DNA of 46,113 bases, counting the filler, from Jimgerdemannia flammicorona (taxonomy: Eukaryota), in the NCBI GenBank assembly GCA_003990765.1. It is 2 parts of 2 records of this genome, joined end to end, with 100 filler letters (N's around TTAATTAATTAA, not from the genome) between each part and the next. Parts side by side here need not be neighbours in the genome. Positions count along the whole stretch, not along the records: positions 23,117 to 46,113 come from RBNJ01001171.1; 1 more part is not named here. The stretch is one strand, 5' to 3'. The translations under genes and the position numbers were made by a program. Under the pieces are notes generated by a model. That model worked only from the letters and a program-made list of their open reading frames with translations. It did not search any database and was not told the origin of the DNA. This document shows, one piece after another, positions 33,906 to 46,113 of this stretch. How positions within the stretch are numbered: the stretch's first letter is position 1; each line of letters begins with the position of its first letter.

Positions 33906-36393
33906 AGCCTTCCACCAACATTGGAGAAGAACTGAAACCTCAAAAACAGCAACAACTAGTAGAAATTCTCAATAAATCTCAAGATATCTTTACTACTGAT
34001 TATGGCAACCTGCCATATAACCCATCATATCACCACAGCATAAATATGGGAAATGCAACACTCATCTGACAGAAATCTTATAGAATACCCCATCACTTAA
34101 AGACATTTGAGAAGGAGCATGTTCAAGAACTCTTGGACAATAGAGTCATCTGATCCTCAACCAGCCCCTGGGTCAGCCCTATACTTATTGTACCAAAGAA
34201 AGGAGGATGGAGACTCTGTATAGACTATAGGAAACTCAATTCAGTTACTAAAAAAGATGCCTACCCTCTGCTCAGAATTGATGATCTCTTGAATCAGTTA
34301 CAAGATGCCAAATACTTCAGCAGTATGGATCTTTTCACAGGATTTCATGAGATCCCCATGGATCCCAAGGACATTCAAAAGACAGCCTTCCTTACCCTAG
34401 GAAAACTGTTTGAATACCTCCAAATGCCCTTCAGACTTTGCAATACACCTCCCACCTTTCAGAGGATGATGAATTCAGTCTATGCCCCCTTGATTCACCA
34501 CTGCCTGATTATATACATGGATGATTCCAACATTTACTCAGTAAATTTTGAAGAATACCTGCACTACCTTGAAGAATTTTCCAAGCTCACCTGTAAGAAC
34601 CACCCAAGACTCAATGCAAAGAAATGCTACTTCAGGAAACCGAAACTTGAATTCCTTGGATTCATAGTTTCAAAATAAGAAATCCACACAGACCCAAAAA
34701 AAACCAAAAAGATCAACAATTGGTCAGTACCCAAGACTCCCAAGGAAACACTATCATTCCTGATACTAGTATCCTACTACAGAAGATTTATCAAGGACTT
34801 TGCCCGAATTGCTGCCCCAATCCGAATCCTTCTCAAGAAAGGAGTACCTTATAAATGGACAGAATCACAAGAAAAAGCCTTCAAAGAACTCAAGAACTGC
34901 ATAACCACAGTATCAATCCTTGTGCGCCCCAACCTACAGAAGCCATTCATCTTGTATACAGATGCTTCCAAAGATGGCCTGAGAGCAGTTCTAGCCCAAG
35001 AAGGACCTGACCAATAACATCATGTGATAGCTTATGTAAGCTGAGCTACCAATCAATAGCAGATGAACTATGGTAGCACCAAACTAGAATGCCTTGCAGT
35101 CATATGGGCAGTCACCCTGTTTAAGCATTATCTCATCAGAAAAAGGTTCACTCTGATCACAGATCATGCAGCTCTTAAATGGTTATTCAACTATAAGGAA
35201 CCCACTAGAATTCTAGCCCACTAGATCCTTATCCTTCAGGATTACAAAATCACCATTATCTATAAAGCAGGGAAAGCTCACAACAATGTTGATGTACTTT
35301 CCCACCAGTCCCAATGAACCAGAAGAAGGGTGTCCCAAGGAACTCTACCCTGAAGGAAGCTCTTCAGACCATCAAGGCACAAGAAGATCTCATTTGAAAA
35401 GATCATCAGAAAGCTGACCAAGGACTGGCTAATATAGAAAAGAAGCTGCAAACAATACACCAACACTGGCCCAACCTCAGAACACAAGTACAGAACATAC
35501 TCAAGAAATGGGATACCTGTCAGAAGTACCAAGAAAGGAGAAATTATCAAGCACCATTACAACTAATTACACTACCAGACAACATCTTCCAGAGATGGGG
35601 AGTTGATGTAATTGGACCTCTACCAGTTACACTAAAAAGAAAAAAATACATCCTTGTATTTGTGGAACATCTGACTAAATCGCCTGAGGCTTTTCCAATG
35701 AAAATTTCAGATACCTTGACCATTATAGGCCTTCTCCACAGACTTACACTCAGATATAGACCCCCAGAAGAACTTATCTCTGAGTGAGGCACAAAATTCA
35801 TCAACAACATAATCACAAGTTATGTCTGAATTCACAAGATCCACCTCAAATGAACCACATCATACCACCCCCAGACCAATGGTATGACAGAAAGAATAAA
35901 CCAGACCATCAAGAAAGGACTTGCCTGAGTCAATCCTACTAACTGGAATCTCTGCTTACCTGAGATCCTATAGGAAATTTGGAACACCCCTGCTGCCTCC
36001 ACTAAACAAAAGCCATTCGAAATGATGTTTACAAAAAAGACCAGAACTGCTGACCATGAGAACCTGGGAGATCTCCTCAAGAAGGCAGAATATTTATGTA
36101 ATCAGGCCTGAGTTCAGATTATCAAAGTCCAAGAAAGACAAAAGAAGTACTATGAACAGAAGCAGAAGGATTAGGAGATCAAGATTGGAGATCAAGTACT
36201 AGTTTGGAGAAGTATGATTGAGACAAACTTTGCTGCTAAACTGGAGCCCAAATGGAAAGAACCTTATCTTGTACACAATATTAGAAAAACCAGCATCTAT
36301 TTAAGAAGCATGGATGGACAAACTCTGAGAACACTAGTACACATCAATTGCCTTAAGATATACCTTTCTCCACATCATGAATCAGAGAATTAA
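33845..36393 (+). pseudogene. A1 pol: reverse transcriptase - RNase H - integrase
   Basis: WRLCIDYRKLN, FSSMDLFTGFHEI, YMDD, YTDAS, LITDHAAL, WGVDVIGPL, YHPQTNGMTER and a GPY/F-like WKEPY. Confidence 0.92.
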
Positions 36394-36880
36394 CAACTGC
36401 CTTCAGACTCTTATCCTTAGTTCCTTCCAATTACTGTCAGTTCCTCTACCCCAATTCCAAGAAGTCAATGGGAATACTCTCCAGAAGATCCAGATTCACC
36501 AAGAGAATCTTGTCCTGACCAGATGATTGCTACAGGTTCACCAACTCCAGGCCCATTATGCAATTGGAGAACAATTGCAGAACCTCCCAGTCCCCAAACA
36601 GACATATATCAGAAATACAACAGAACTATCAAGAAGAGATGTCACTGCAGCAGACAGACTTTATACCCTTTATAAATAAAACCCTGCAGCCCTAATGTAA
36701 GCACAATTCTCCTGATATGATATATGAGGAATGAACCTAGCCACCTACCTGAGCATCATCAATACTGTTGAAATTCTATTCCCAGAGGAAGAAGAAGAGC
36801 CTTTGGAATGGAGCAACCATGGTACAGATGATGAAGATGATGGAACAGGTATTGATGCAGAAGATGCTTACCCACACTAG
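36377..36880 (+). pseudogene. A1 extra ORF3 (~168 codons, unknown function) between integrase and PPT
   Basis: One frame MNQRINNCLQ...QLQAHYAIGEQL...AADRLYTLY...EEEEEPLEWS...DDEDD; its five internal stops are TGA/TAA, derivable from CGA/CAA. Confidence 0.6.
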
Positions 36881-37463
36881 GATGATGACTAAAGAACAGT
36901 CTGAGGACAGACCATCCTTTAGTGGGGGCTGATGTAATATACCAAAAACATACCACCCAAATTATACCTTAGCCAGATGATGTGAACATACAGTATAGCA
37001 ATCAGACACAGCAACCATTGCTGCAGAAAAGTGTATAAATAGCAAGACTACCAGAAAAGGTATATCTGTAAAGGACCTGTACACCTGTGTCAGACCTGCA
37101 CACTTATGCTGGACCTGCACAACTTGCCATAAGTAGCAAATCTATAGTTAGCCACATAGTAACCAGATAGCAATCAACTTGTATAAATTACCCCAGAGAC
37201 AAGAGTGAATAAATCTCCACTATACTAGAAATTTCTGATGATCAGCCTAGTAATGTGAGTATGAAAATAGATATATCAATTATGAGCATTCCTCCCATAG
37301 GTGTAACCTCAACAAATATTGGAATTACAGTCCTGGTTATTAGTATGTATAAACATAGCTAAGAGGTCCATGACAATCTTTGTTTGGAGAGACTATACTA
37401 TTTGAGTATTTTATATAATAAATCTCCTTGATGAATATGGCTTGGTAGAGTATATAAAGCTAC

Positions 37464-37534
37464 TGTAATATACCTGACTCAATGGAGGTAAATTGTAAGG
37501 TTGAGGGTTGATGTAGTTTGACTTGAGCCCCCTA
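37464..37534 (-). repeat. 3'-terminal fragment of a family A LTR
   Basis: The reverse complement matches 41321-41390 and ends in TATTACA without a following PBS. Confidence 0.8.
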
Positions 37535-37539
37535 TTTTA

Positions 37540-40100
37540 AAGAGATATTTTTACTATAGCTACTTAGCACTAGTAGGGTTCATAACCTTTGTTGTAAAGA
37601 GAGAGCATTTTTATTGAAGTTGTATAGGTCATATATTTATACTTTACTGATGAATAATAGAAATCTGATGGTATGATATAAGGTCATATACTGATATATT
37701 AAGTTGCCATCTTAATAATGAGATCATCAATCTGTTTATATTCTTATAACTAGCCAAAATATAGCTCTATATCTATATTATCATTGAGAAACCCTATCTT
37801 TACATCTATCTGATAGATTTCCAGATTATATATAGAACTGATCACAGAAGTATTCTCAGTAAAAAAGCTTGAATACTAGTAAAGTATTTCATCATAGTTA
37901 CCATTGTAATCTTGTAAATAACTCTTAGTAATGAAGTATATATAATATCACTCTATACTTCTAAAATTCTTATGCTTAATCTTATATACTTATTATGATC
38001 TTATGACTTATTGATTGCTCAGAAGAGGTACCAGATTCTACATACTATTCTTGATAAGTAAATTATACTCTTCATCTATGGCTTGCTTTTATTTCTTATT
38101 TTCATAAGAAGTATCACTTTATTATACATGTTTGGCTCATTGGAAGTTATACTAAATACACATTCATATATCTTAATATAGCTCATATATTTCTTATATT
38201 AAGATATTTTTAGTATATTCTAATAACTTTCTAAATTAATAAAATTTCTTGATAAATATTAGAGTACTTTTGCTTACTCTTTATAAAGAATCTCTCATTA
38301 TTATTTAAGGTCTTGCTATCTTTAATTTCAGTTATTCTTGACTCAGATAACTCTAGCTTATAAAGTAGATAATTTTAATTAACTATATTTGAAAATATTA
38401 TTCTTTATTATTGGAAAGATTAGTGCTATATATTATATTTACTAAGATGTCAAAGTAGAGGTTCTGATAGATATATTTATACAGGGTTTCTAATTTCCTT
38501 TTTTATTGAACTGTATATTATAGAAGATTACTATATAATATTTATATAGATTCCCAAGTTAGTATGTCTTGCCAGAATATCCAAGAAATACAGACTTGCT
38601 GGCTTTTGGCTTAAAATTATACTGATTGACATTGCTCTTATTGAGAATATATATATCATATCTGAATATATATAGATATAATATATCTGACTTATTATTA
38701 TCTCTGCAATACTTATTATTATTACTAGATTTCTTATTTAATATTTAAGTTACACATCAGTTATATATATATACCACTATATTGATAACTTTGATCTAAT
38801 AAGAATATGATAATCTGATTATATTAATTATTATTCTTACTATTTCCATGGCTATATAGTTAAATTGATTAGCTACCCCATTTTGCTGTAGTATATATAG
38901 TATTGTTATCTGATAGTATATACTATATTTCTTTAAATACTGCTTGAATATACTATTGATATATTCATATCTATTATATAAGTATATAGTATATATTCTA
39001 TATTCTGTTCTGTTCTCTGTAATTACTTTAAATTCTCCGCATTTATCTAAGGCTTACTCTTTACTGATAAGAAATATACACAACCTTATATATATAGTCA
39101 TTAATGAATTTAATGAAATATCTCTTCTCTTTATTAAAAGTAGTATATATTAGGCTACATATATCTACATAGATTAAATTGAGTATATTTTATCTACTTC
39201 TTAAAGAGATATACTTTATTTACTATAAAATTCTCATAGAAATTATCATCAAGAAATATTTTCAATAATTCTTATATAGATCTATTTCTTATTATTCTTT
39301 TTAAGCTCAATTACTCTATATGTCCCAAGTATTAATATTATGTATTAGATGTATCAGGCATAGTTATTATATATATAGAGGTCTTTATGCTACTCAATAT
39401 ACTATTGATCATATGAAGATTGTCTTGTTTTAACACTATCATAATCTTTTTATTATTCTTCAAACTATATACTGTTTTTTTCATCAGATATAAATAGATT
39501 TATTATCACTACGGATCATTATTTTACTAATTAAAAAGAGAGTCTTTTCTATTTTCAGAGTATACAATATGTTCTAAAAAGTACTAGTTGGCTCTGCTAT
39601 ATTTCTATAAAGATATATGTATACTAATATTTCCTCTACCTTGAATATATATAACATTGTTGTCACCTACCTTGATGAATATAGAATATTTAAATAACAC
39701 ATATATTGAGAACTATTCTCAGTAAGTTGTTATATATTATATGATATCTACATAAATCTATAAGCTAAATATTATAATTATTGATAGTATTGGTACTCTT
39801 GCTGACTGTATTCTTATCAATAAATATATATAAAGATATTGCTTATATAAGTATATAATCTTGAAGCTACCAAAATCACATATTACCCTCTGAATAAATC
39901 TACAAATCACATATAAGATTATAAGCTAAGTCAAACTAAAGTTACAAATTATAAGGCTGAGTCAACTTGAAGTTACAGAATATAAGATATATGAAAATGA
40001 AATCTTACTAATTAAGATCAAAAGTATATATACTAAATATCTGATGTATCAAAATACAGAACTATAATAAACTCAAATAATAACCATAACTCTCAAATAT
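37540..40100 (-). mobile_element. Heavily decayed Ty1/Copia relic (pre-integrase, integrase/SH3, RT N-terminal part); boundaries approximate
   Basis: Minus-strand remnants in Copia order: YLGHI (~39325), KPKASKSVFLGYS (~38590) and LEIYQIDVKIGFLNDNID (~37800, cf. QMDVKTAFLNG). Confidence 0.65.
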
Positions 40101-40102
40101 AT

Positions 40103-41390
40103 TGTGATGAACCAGAACGTATTACCTGAATTATACCTTAGCCAGATACACAGCATAGTAACCAGCAACCATTGCTGCGGAAACTGTATAAATAGCCAGA
40201 TTACCAGATAAGGTATATCTGTGCAGGACCTGCACACCTGTGCTGGACCTGCACACTTGTGCTGGACCTGCACAACTTGCCATAGATAGCAAATCTATAG
40301 TTAGCCTCATGGTAACCAGATAGCAACCAACTTGTATAAATTACCCCAGAGACAAGAGTGAATAAACCTCAGTCCGAAAGTTGAATACAAACCAAAGCAA
40401 AAGTCAATTGTCTGGTACACTTAGGAGAAATGCCTGCCAAAAGCCACTTGATCTAGAAAGAATTGCAACACTTAGAAGATATGCCTGCCAATGAGCCACT
40501 GCCAAGAAGTTGTGAGCTTGGTTCTCTTCTCTTCCACTCCAGTCCACTTTCTGATACAAAGCTTGAAGATTTGCTGCCAAGTTCGAGGAAGAACTTCACC
40601 GCCTTTGGAACTATTGGTTTGCTTGCCAGATAAGCCTGAAGTTTGCCGCCCAAGTTCGAGGAAGAACTTCACCACCGTTTCCCAGTTAGAAGCCCGCCGA
40701 TTCAGGAAGAATCCGTGCCATCCGAGTTATCCGAGTTATCTGCATCACCTGCCATTTTTGAGTTATCCACCATATTCCCAGTTGAAGCCAAATCTGCACT
40801 GTCTGAGTTACCCGAGTTATCGAATTATCCGCCTCCTGTGACATCCGAGTTATTTGTCATTCCTAGTGAGCCCGAGTTATCGAATTATCCGCCACCCGAG
40901 ATAATTCCCAGTTGAAGCCACTGAGTTATCTGCATTCCCCGAGAACCCCGCCATTCCAGGAAGAATCTGTGCCATACAATTCCCAGTAAGCCAAATCGAG
41001 TTATCCGTCAAACTATCAGAATGCCCCGCATAAGGAACCCGCCGTGCTACACAAGATCGTCATGCAGAAATCAGAGACCGTCACCCAAGAAGGAGAACCG
41101 CTAAATTGCCAGACCGTCACACCCAGAAATTGCATACTTTTGGAGATCGTCACGCTACACAGAAATTGTGCCATTCCCAGTTGACCCAAGAAGGAAAAGA
41201 CATACCAATCGCCGCTACACCCAGAGAACTATCCCAATAAGGAAATTGCTCGCAGATATCCAGCTTTGACTATTATACCGCTAAACACCAAGAACATTTT
41301 GTTGCTTTTGACAAAGTAACTAGGGGCTCAAGCCAAACTACACCAACCCCCAACCTTGTAATTTGCCTCCATTGAGCCAGGCACGTTACA
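40103..41390 (+). repeat. 5' LTR of A2 (~1.29 kb) with internal tandem repeats
   Basis: The start matches the A1 3' LTR (36933-37217) and the end matches A1 28886-29388. Contains ~19-bp GGACCTGCACACYTGTGCT x2.5 (~40227-40273), CAAGTTCGAGGAAGAACTTCACC x2 and many CCGAGTTAT motifs. Confidence 0.88.
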
Positions 41391-41948
41391 TTTGGAGGCT
41401 CAACTGGGAAGATTTCAAAATCGACGTGACTTTTCAGCTCACAAGAACCCACAGTCAAACTGGATATATTTGATACAACACCAATCTCTGCCACTACAGG
41501 AGAACCAGTCATCACTAGCATTTGGACAGGAAGAGAAGTAATCACCTCAAGACTTGCCAACTACCCAGCATCAGAAGGATCCCAACCAGAAGCAGGAGGC
41601 AGTGCAGCCCGAAATCCCCAACCAGATCAACCAGACAATACAGGCAGCCCTGCTAGAGATTTTGGAGAACTTGCACAAGAGCTAGAAGACCTTATCACAC
41701 GGGCCCAATACTTCACAGCCAGACACCCCACACCAGTCCCACCAACCTCACCAATAGAACCCCTACCACAACCCCTTGCAGAACCAGAAGTAGCTCCTAC
41801 AAGAATACCTAGGCCTATTTCACCTCACCCAAGGACCAGAACACCATCTTCAAGATACCCAAGCACCCCCATCTCTAGTGACAGTTCAGAAAGTGAATCA
41901 GAATCAGAATCTGAACCAGAACCAGAATCAGAAGAAAGTGATGAAGAA

Positions 41949-44900
41949 ATGGCCACCTCATTGCCAATCTTTGCAGGATCCCGGAGGAAGACCCCAGAGA
42001 ATTCCTTGATGGAATCGAAGGAATCGCAGTCTTGAGGAATCTCTCAGATGAAAGAAAAATCGCCATTTACAAAGCTCAGCTCAGAGAACCAGCCAGAGGA
42101 ATTTTCCATCGAACAGCAAACAACCCAGATTCAGAACTAGCAAGACAGATACAAGCAGCAGCCTCCTATGAGCTAGAATATCAGGCCATGGTATACTGGC
42201 TCATAGAAAAGTATGCAGGAAATGAAACCCGCTACAAGGCTCAGGAATCCATCATGAGAATGAAGATGAATCTTGGAGAATCACCCAGAGCCTTCTTCAC
42301 AAGAATCCAGAAGAGAATGCATTCCGCCGGATTCAATGCCACCAACCAGGACATCATAGGTCCAATGACCTTCATGAATGGAATTCCCCCGAATATTGCC
42401 CAGCATGTTTGCACCCTAGGCATCAGAAGGTCCAAAGAACAAGTAGATGTGGCCCAAGGATTCTTTGATGTCAGGCAAGGAACCACCTGGAGTGATCATG
42501 ATAAGAAGGAAGACAAAGAAGATATCCTGGTCAAGGCCCTGCAAGGACTCCTTCAAGGGCAAGAAAGGACAAAAGAAAGAAGGCCAGCCAAGGAAGGAAA
42601 GAAGGATAGAAGTGAAATCCAAGACCTCAGCTCCAAGTTGGACCGATTGGTTGGACAGATTGAAAAACTCACTACACGCGAAAATCGGGACTACCAAAAC
42701 AACAGAGGGTACCCACCACAGAGGAGCCAAGGTTATCCACCAAGAGATAACAGGAATTACCAGCAAGAAGAAAGAAGGTACCCTGTCCAAGACAGAGCCC
42801 AAGTCCAATGTTTTCACTGTGGACAATTCGGACACTATGCCACTGAATGTGACAACAAAAGAAGTGACCGAAGAGACTCAGAACCACCAAACCGAAGGAA
42901 TAATACCCAGTACAAGAAGACTGAAGCCCATTCTGTTGAAGATTTCGAGGAAGCAAGCAACAGTGAAGACTACAGTGACCTAGACTTGTACCCTACCAAG
43001 GTTACCACCCGAAAGACAGTCTACCCAGCAGAAAAAAGAAAGAGACCTGTGGGAAGACCATCCAGGAACATCAGCAGAAGAATTATCCAAGAAGAAGATG
43101 AAGAACATGAGGAGGAACAGGTAGAAACACCTCCCTGAACCCCCTCACCCTTTGTCCCTGAGACAAATGAGTTGCCATCAGAAGATGAAGAAATGGAACA
43201 AGCAGAATGGGAACTTGTTATTCCAAAGCCCAAAAAGAAGTACACTCCAAAGACCATGCCTAGAGATATCTACAATGAAGCCTGGCAGAAGATTCAAGAG
43301 GCCAAGATGGAAGTCCCCCTCCTGCAGTTCTTGCAACTGATACCAGCTGGAGTCCAAAACAAATTGCTGAGAACCACCAGGTCCAGCACTGGCCGAGTCC
43401 CAATTCCACAGCAAGAACCAGCCTCCATCCCTGTCCAAGCAGCTGAAAGACATGTCAGCACCTACTTACATGGAGACATTGGAGGACAAAAAGCGAAAAT
43501 CCTCATAGACACAGGAGCAGCTGTCTGTGTCATTGCCAAATGGTTCTTGGACACCCTCCAATGGCCCATTGATGGACCATCCAACCTCAGCATTATAGTG
43601 GCAGATGGAGCCCGAACTCAACCCCTTGGAGAAGTACGAAATATCACCATCTCTCTTGGACACATTCAGTTCTCCATCCCCAAAGCCATTTTCACAGAAG
43701 CTGTCACCTACGACATGATTCTTGGCACCAACTGGATGAAGGAAATGAATGCAGTCATTGACATTGGCCAACAAGTACTCAAGTTTGACTACTGAGACAA
43801 GAAGTACCGAGTTAAGGTGACCAGCTATGAGCAATCAAAGAAGAAAAAGAAGGTCACTATTCAGGAAGAGTATGCCAGTAGTGAAGAATCCACCACAGAA
43901 GAAGAGGAAGAATCTGAAGATGGGAATGATCCCAGACTCAATCCCCGAATCAATCTGGTGGATGACAGACCAGAAGACAATGTGTGGGCCAAGAACACTA
44001 TCCCTATCACCATTGGAGCCATTGTGGGAGAAGCTAAAGGATGCCCTGCATGCCTCAAGAGACACAAGTGTCCCAAGCACTCCTCCAAGATCATGGGAAC
44101 AAGGAAATCGCCTGGCACAGCCTGCCCAGGTGCAGAAGGAAGAAGAAAAGATGCATACATGTTCCAGAAACCCCTGCAACTGAAGCTGCAGAAGTACAAG
44201 CAATTTGGGGTCAAGAATCATCTGAGGAAGAAGAAACTTCTGACCAAGAAGTTCCTGAACAAGAAGCACCCGATGAAGAAGAAGTCCCTGAACTCATCCC
44301 CTGGGATGACCCCTGCTGGACACCACCTGAAGACAATGACCCCTGGAATACAGAGGAAGGACCCAGTACTATTACCATTATTCCCAAGAAAGAAACCCAT
44401 CAAGAGAAAGCTTTCCGGCTAGGGAGATATCCACATCAAATGGTCTTTCACTCTCCCCGAGACTACTGCTATCAGTGTCACCTGTTGGACCAACAAGAAA
44501 GACAGAGACCCCAGAGACCAGAAACCCCAACTACTCTTGCACAGTCCACCACCTTTCAAGAAGTTACCACAAGGTTACAAAGTTGATTTAGGGGACAAGG
44601 CTTCTTCATCCGAACAGAAATATACCCCTTGTCTACCCTTCCCCCAACCTATGATCAAGATGGGTACCGATTTCCAAGACAACAAGAGATAAACAGCTGG
44701 GAACAACATTTTCGAGCAATGGGATATTGCAACCATGGGAGACACCCTGACTGCCGAGACTGCAGACATCAGAAGATTCACCTCAGTCATGATGTTGCAG
44801 TGCACACTTTGAAGAAAGGAGATAACTGAAGCCAGATCCGAAAAAGCCAGATTCGAAAAAGTCAGACCAAGAAGTCAGGAAGAAGAATCCTCAAGATCTA

Positions 44901-45948
44901 CGATTTGGGAGAAGATATCCTAGCTCTCATCAGACATGCTACCCACCAGGGATGGGCAGAGGATGCTGCCAACTTCATGGAAGCCCTAGACCCTACAGGA
45001 AGAAGGGGAATTAATTACCTCCAAGACCCCTCTACTGGAGCCAGATGGCCACACCTCAACCTCAGAGCTTGGAGGCTCTCTGCCAGTGGAGCTTCAGCCT
45101 TAGGAAGGCCCGAACTCAGCAAGGATATTGCCCAGTATGCCCTGCTGCACCCCAAGGCCAAACCCCCGACCAAAGCCCACCCAGAGGATGTAGGATATGA
45201 TCTTTACAGCCTGGAGGACGAATCTATCAAGCCTGGAAAAACCTTCATGGTCAGAACTGGATTAGCCATGCAGCCACCTCAAGGAGCTTATATTCAACTG
45301 ATCTCAAGGTCTGGACTTGCCAGACAAGGGATAACTGTAGAAGGAGGAACCATTGACCCAGGATATACAGGCGAAATCAAGGTCATCCTACACAACAGTA
45401 GTGGAGAATGGCACCGAATCATTAGAGGACAGAAGATTGCCCAAGCAGTCTTTATGAAGGTCAAGACCCCACAGTTACAGGAAGTCCCTGAACTAACCGA
45501 GGGAACCAGACAAGCCAAGGGATTTGGAAGTTCAGACAGGAAAGAGGTACACCTCCTTCAAGTCAACTACCTCAAGAGGAATATTCCCCAGCAAGTGTAC
45601 TGGCAACCAGTCAGACTGCACAAGAATCTCATCCTGGAGCCCAGAGAACAAACCACCTTTGAAATATTTGCACCACCTGATCCCAGGAACCTTTTCTTCG
45701 AACCCAAGGAAGATATCCCACACCTGGACATAGAGGGACACACATTCCCTGACAAGATGAACCCAGTACACTCCCAAGCAACCAACCAAAGTTGGGAGAC
45801 CATCATCTTGCCAAAAGGAACCATCATAGGACATCTGGTGCCCTTTCTCAACCGAACTCATAGGGAAGTTTATGAACTAAACCTATCAGAAAACGGCAAA
45901 AGGTCCCAGAAGAAAGGAAAGGCCCCTCTGCGACCCAGGAGACAGTGA
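41949..45948 (+). pseudogene. A2 gag-protease-Cys-rich linker-dUTPase polyprotein (~1330 codons), few stops and two 1-nt deletions
   Basis: ORFs 42032, 43172 and 43817 share a frame; 44041, 44629 and 44905 share a frame after a 1-nt deletion near 44125 that A1 lacks. Confidence 0.88.
45133..45537 (+). CDS. dUTPase domain of A2 (uninterrupted domain within the disrupted polyprotein)
   Basis: VGYDLYS, SRSGLARQG, GGTIDPGYTGEI, GQKIAQ and RQAKGFGSS: all five trimeric dUTPase motifs. Confidence 0.93.
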
Positions 45949-46113
45949 AGCCTTCCACCAACATTGGAGAAGAATTGACACCTCAGCAACAGCAACAACT
46001 AGTAGAACTTCTCAACAAATATCAAAATATCTTCACCACCGATTATGGCAACCTGCCATACAACCCATCATATCACCACAGCATAAATACAGGAAGTGCA
46101 ACACCCATCTGGC

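Larger units (their letters stand above)
28886..37217 (+). mobile_element. Ty3/Gypsy family A, copy A1 (partial 5' LTR to 29388, gag-PR-dUTPase, RT-RH-IN, ORF3, PPT, truncated 3' LTR from 36933)
   Basis: LTR end CATTACA followed by PBS TGGGGGCTCAACTGGGAA; CFHCGQFGHYATKC; YMDD at 34514-34525; YTDAS RNase H; YHPQTNGMTER integrase; PPT AGTGGGGGCTGA|TGTAAT. RT-RH-IN order indicates Gypsy. Confidence 0.93.
40103..46113 (+). mobile_element. Ty3/Gypsy family A, copy A2 (younger; complete 5' LTR, gag-PR-dUTPase, start of RT; runs off the window)
   Basis: LTR TGTGATG...CGTTACA; PBS; ORFs with CFHCGQFGHYATEC, LIDTGA and dUTPase motifs. Confidence 0.94.

Noticed and set aside
37218..37463. Possible Copia RT fragment (YIINLLDEYGL) on the plus strand
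   Set aside because: Only one short motif-like match, which is insufficient to call.

Overview
This is a eukaryotic, probably fungal (lineage not determinable here), nest of transposable elements with no recognisable host gene. The window is two contigs joined by an artificial 100-bp linker (44 N + TTAATTAATTAA + 44 N, 23017-23116). It holds: (i) three decayed copies of an L1/Tx1-like LINE (ORF1 + APE-RT-zinc finger ORF2), one full-length with a 15-bp TSD and poly(A); (ii) two ~1.3-kb non-autonomous poly(A) retroposons, one with the LINE's 82-nt 5' leader in front of a 9-bp minisatellite, the other with a 14-bp TSD and a weaker leader match; (iii) Ty3/Gypsy family A in three copies, with Gag-PR-dUTPase in one frame, an inferred -1 frameshift into RT-RH-IN, and an extra ORF after integrase; (iv) Ty3/Gypsy family B, with dUTPase between the Gag zinc knuckle and protease and an apparent 36-bp LTR; (v) a young hAT-type MITE with an 8-bp TSD and two inverted 51-bp palindromes; (vi) a young Ty1/Copia 3' LTR and an old Copia relic. 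Older copies show graded C->T decay at CpG and CpA, ending in TpA-rich relics (RIP-like or methylation-driven). All alignments and translations were done by eye.
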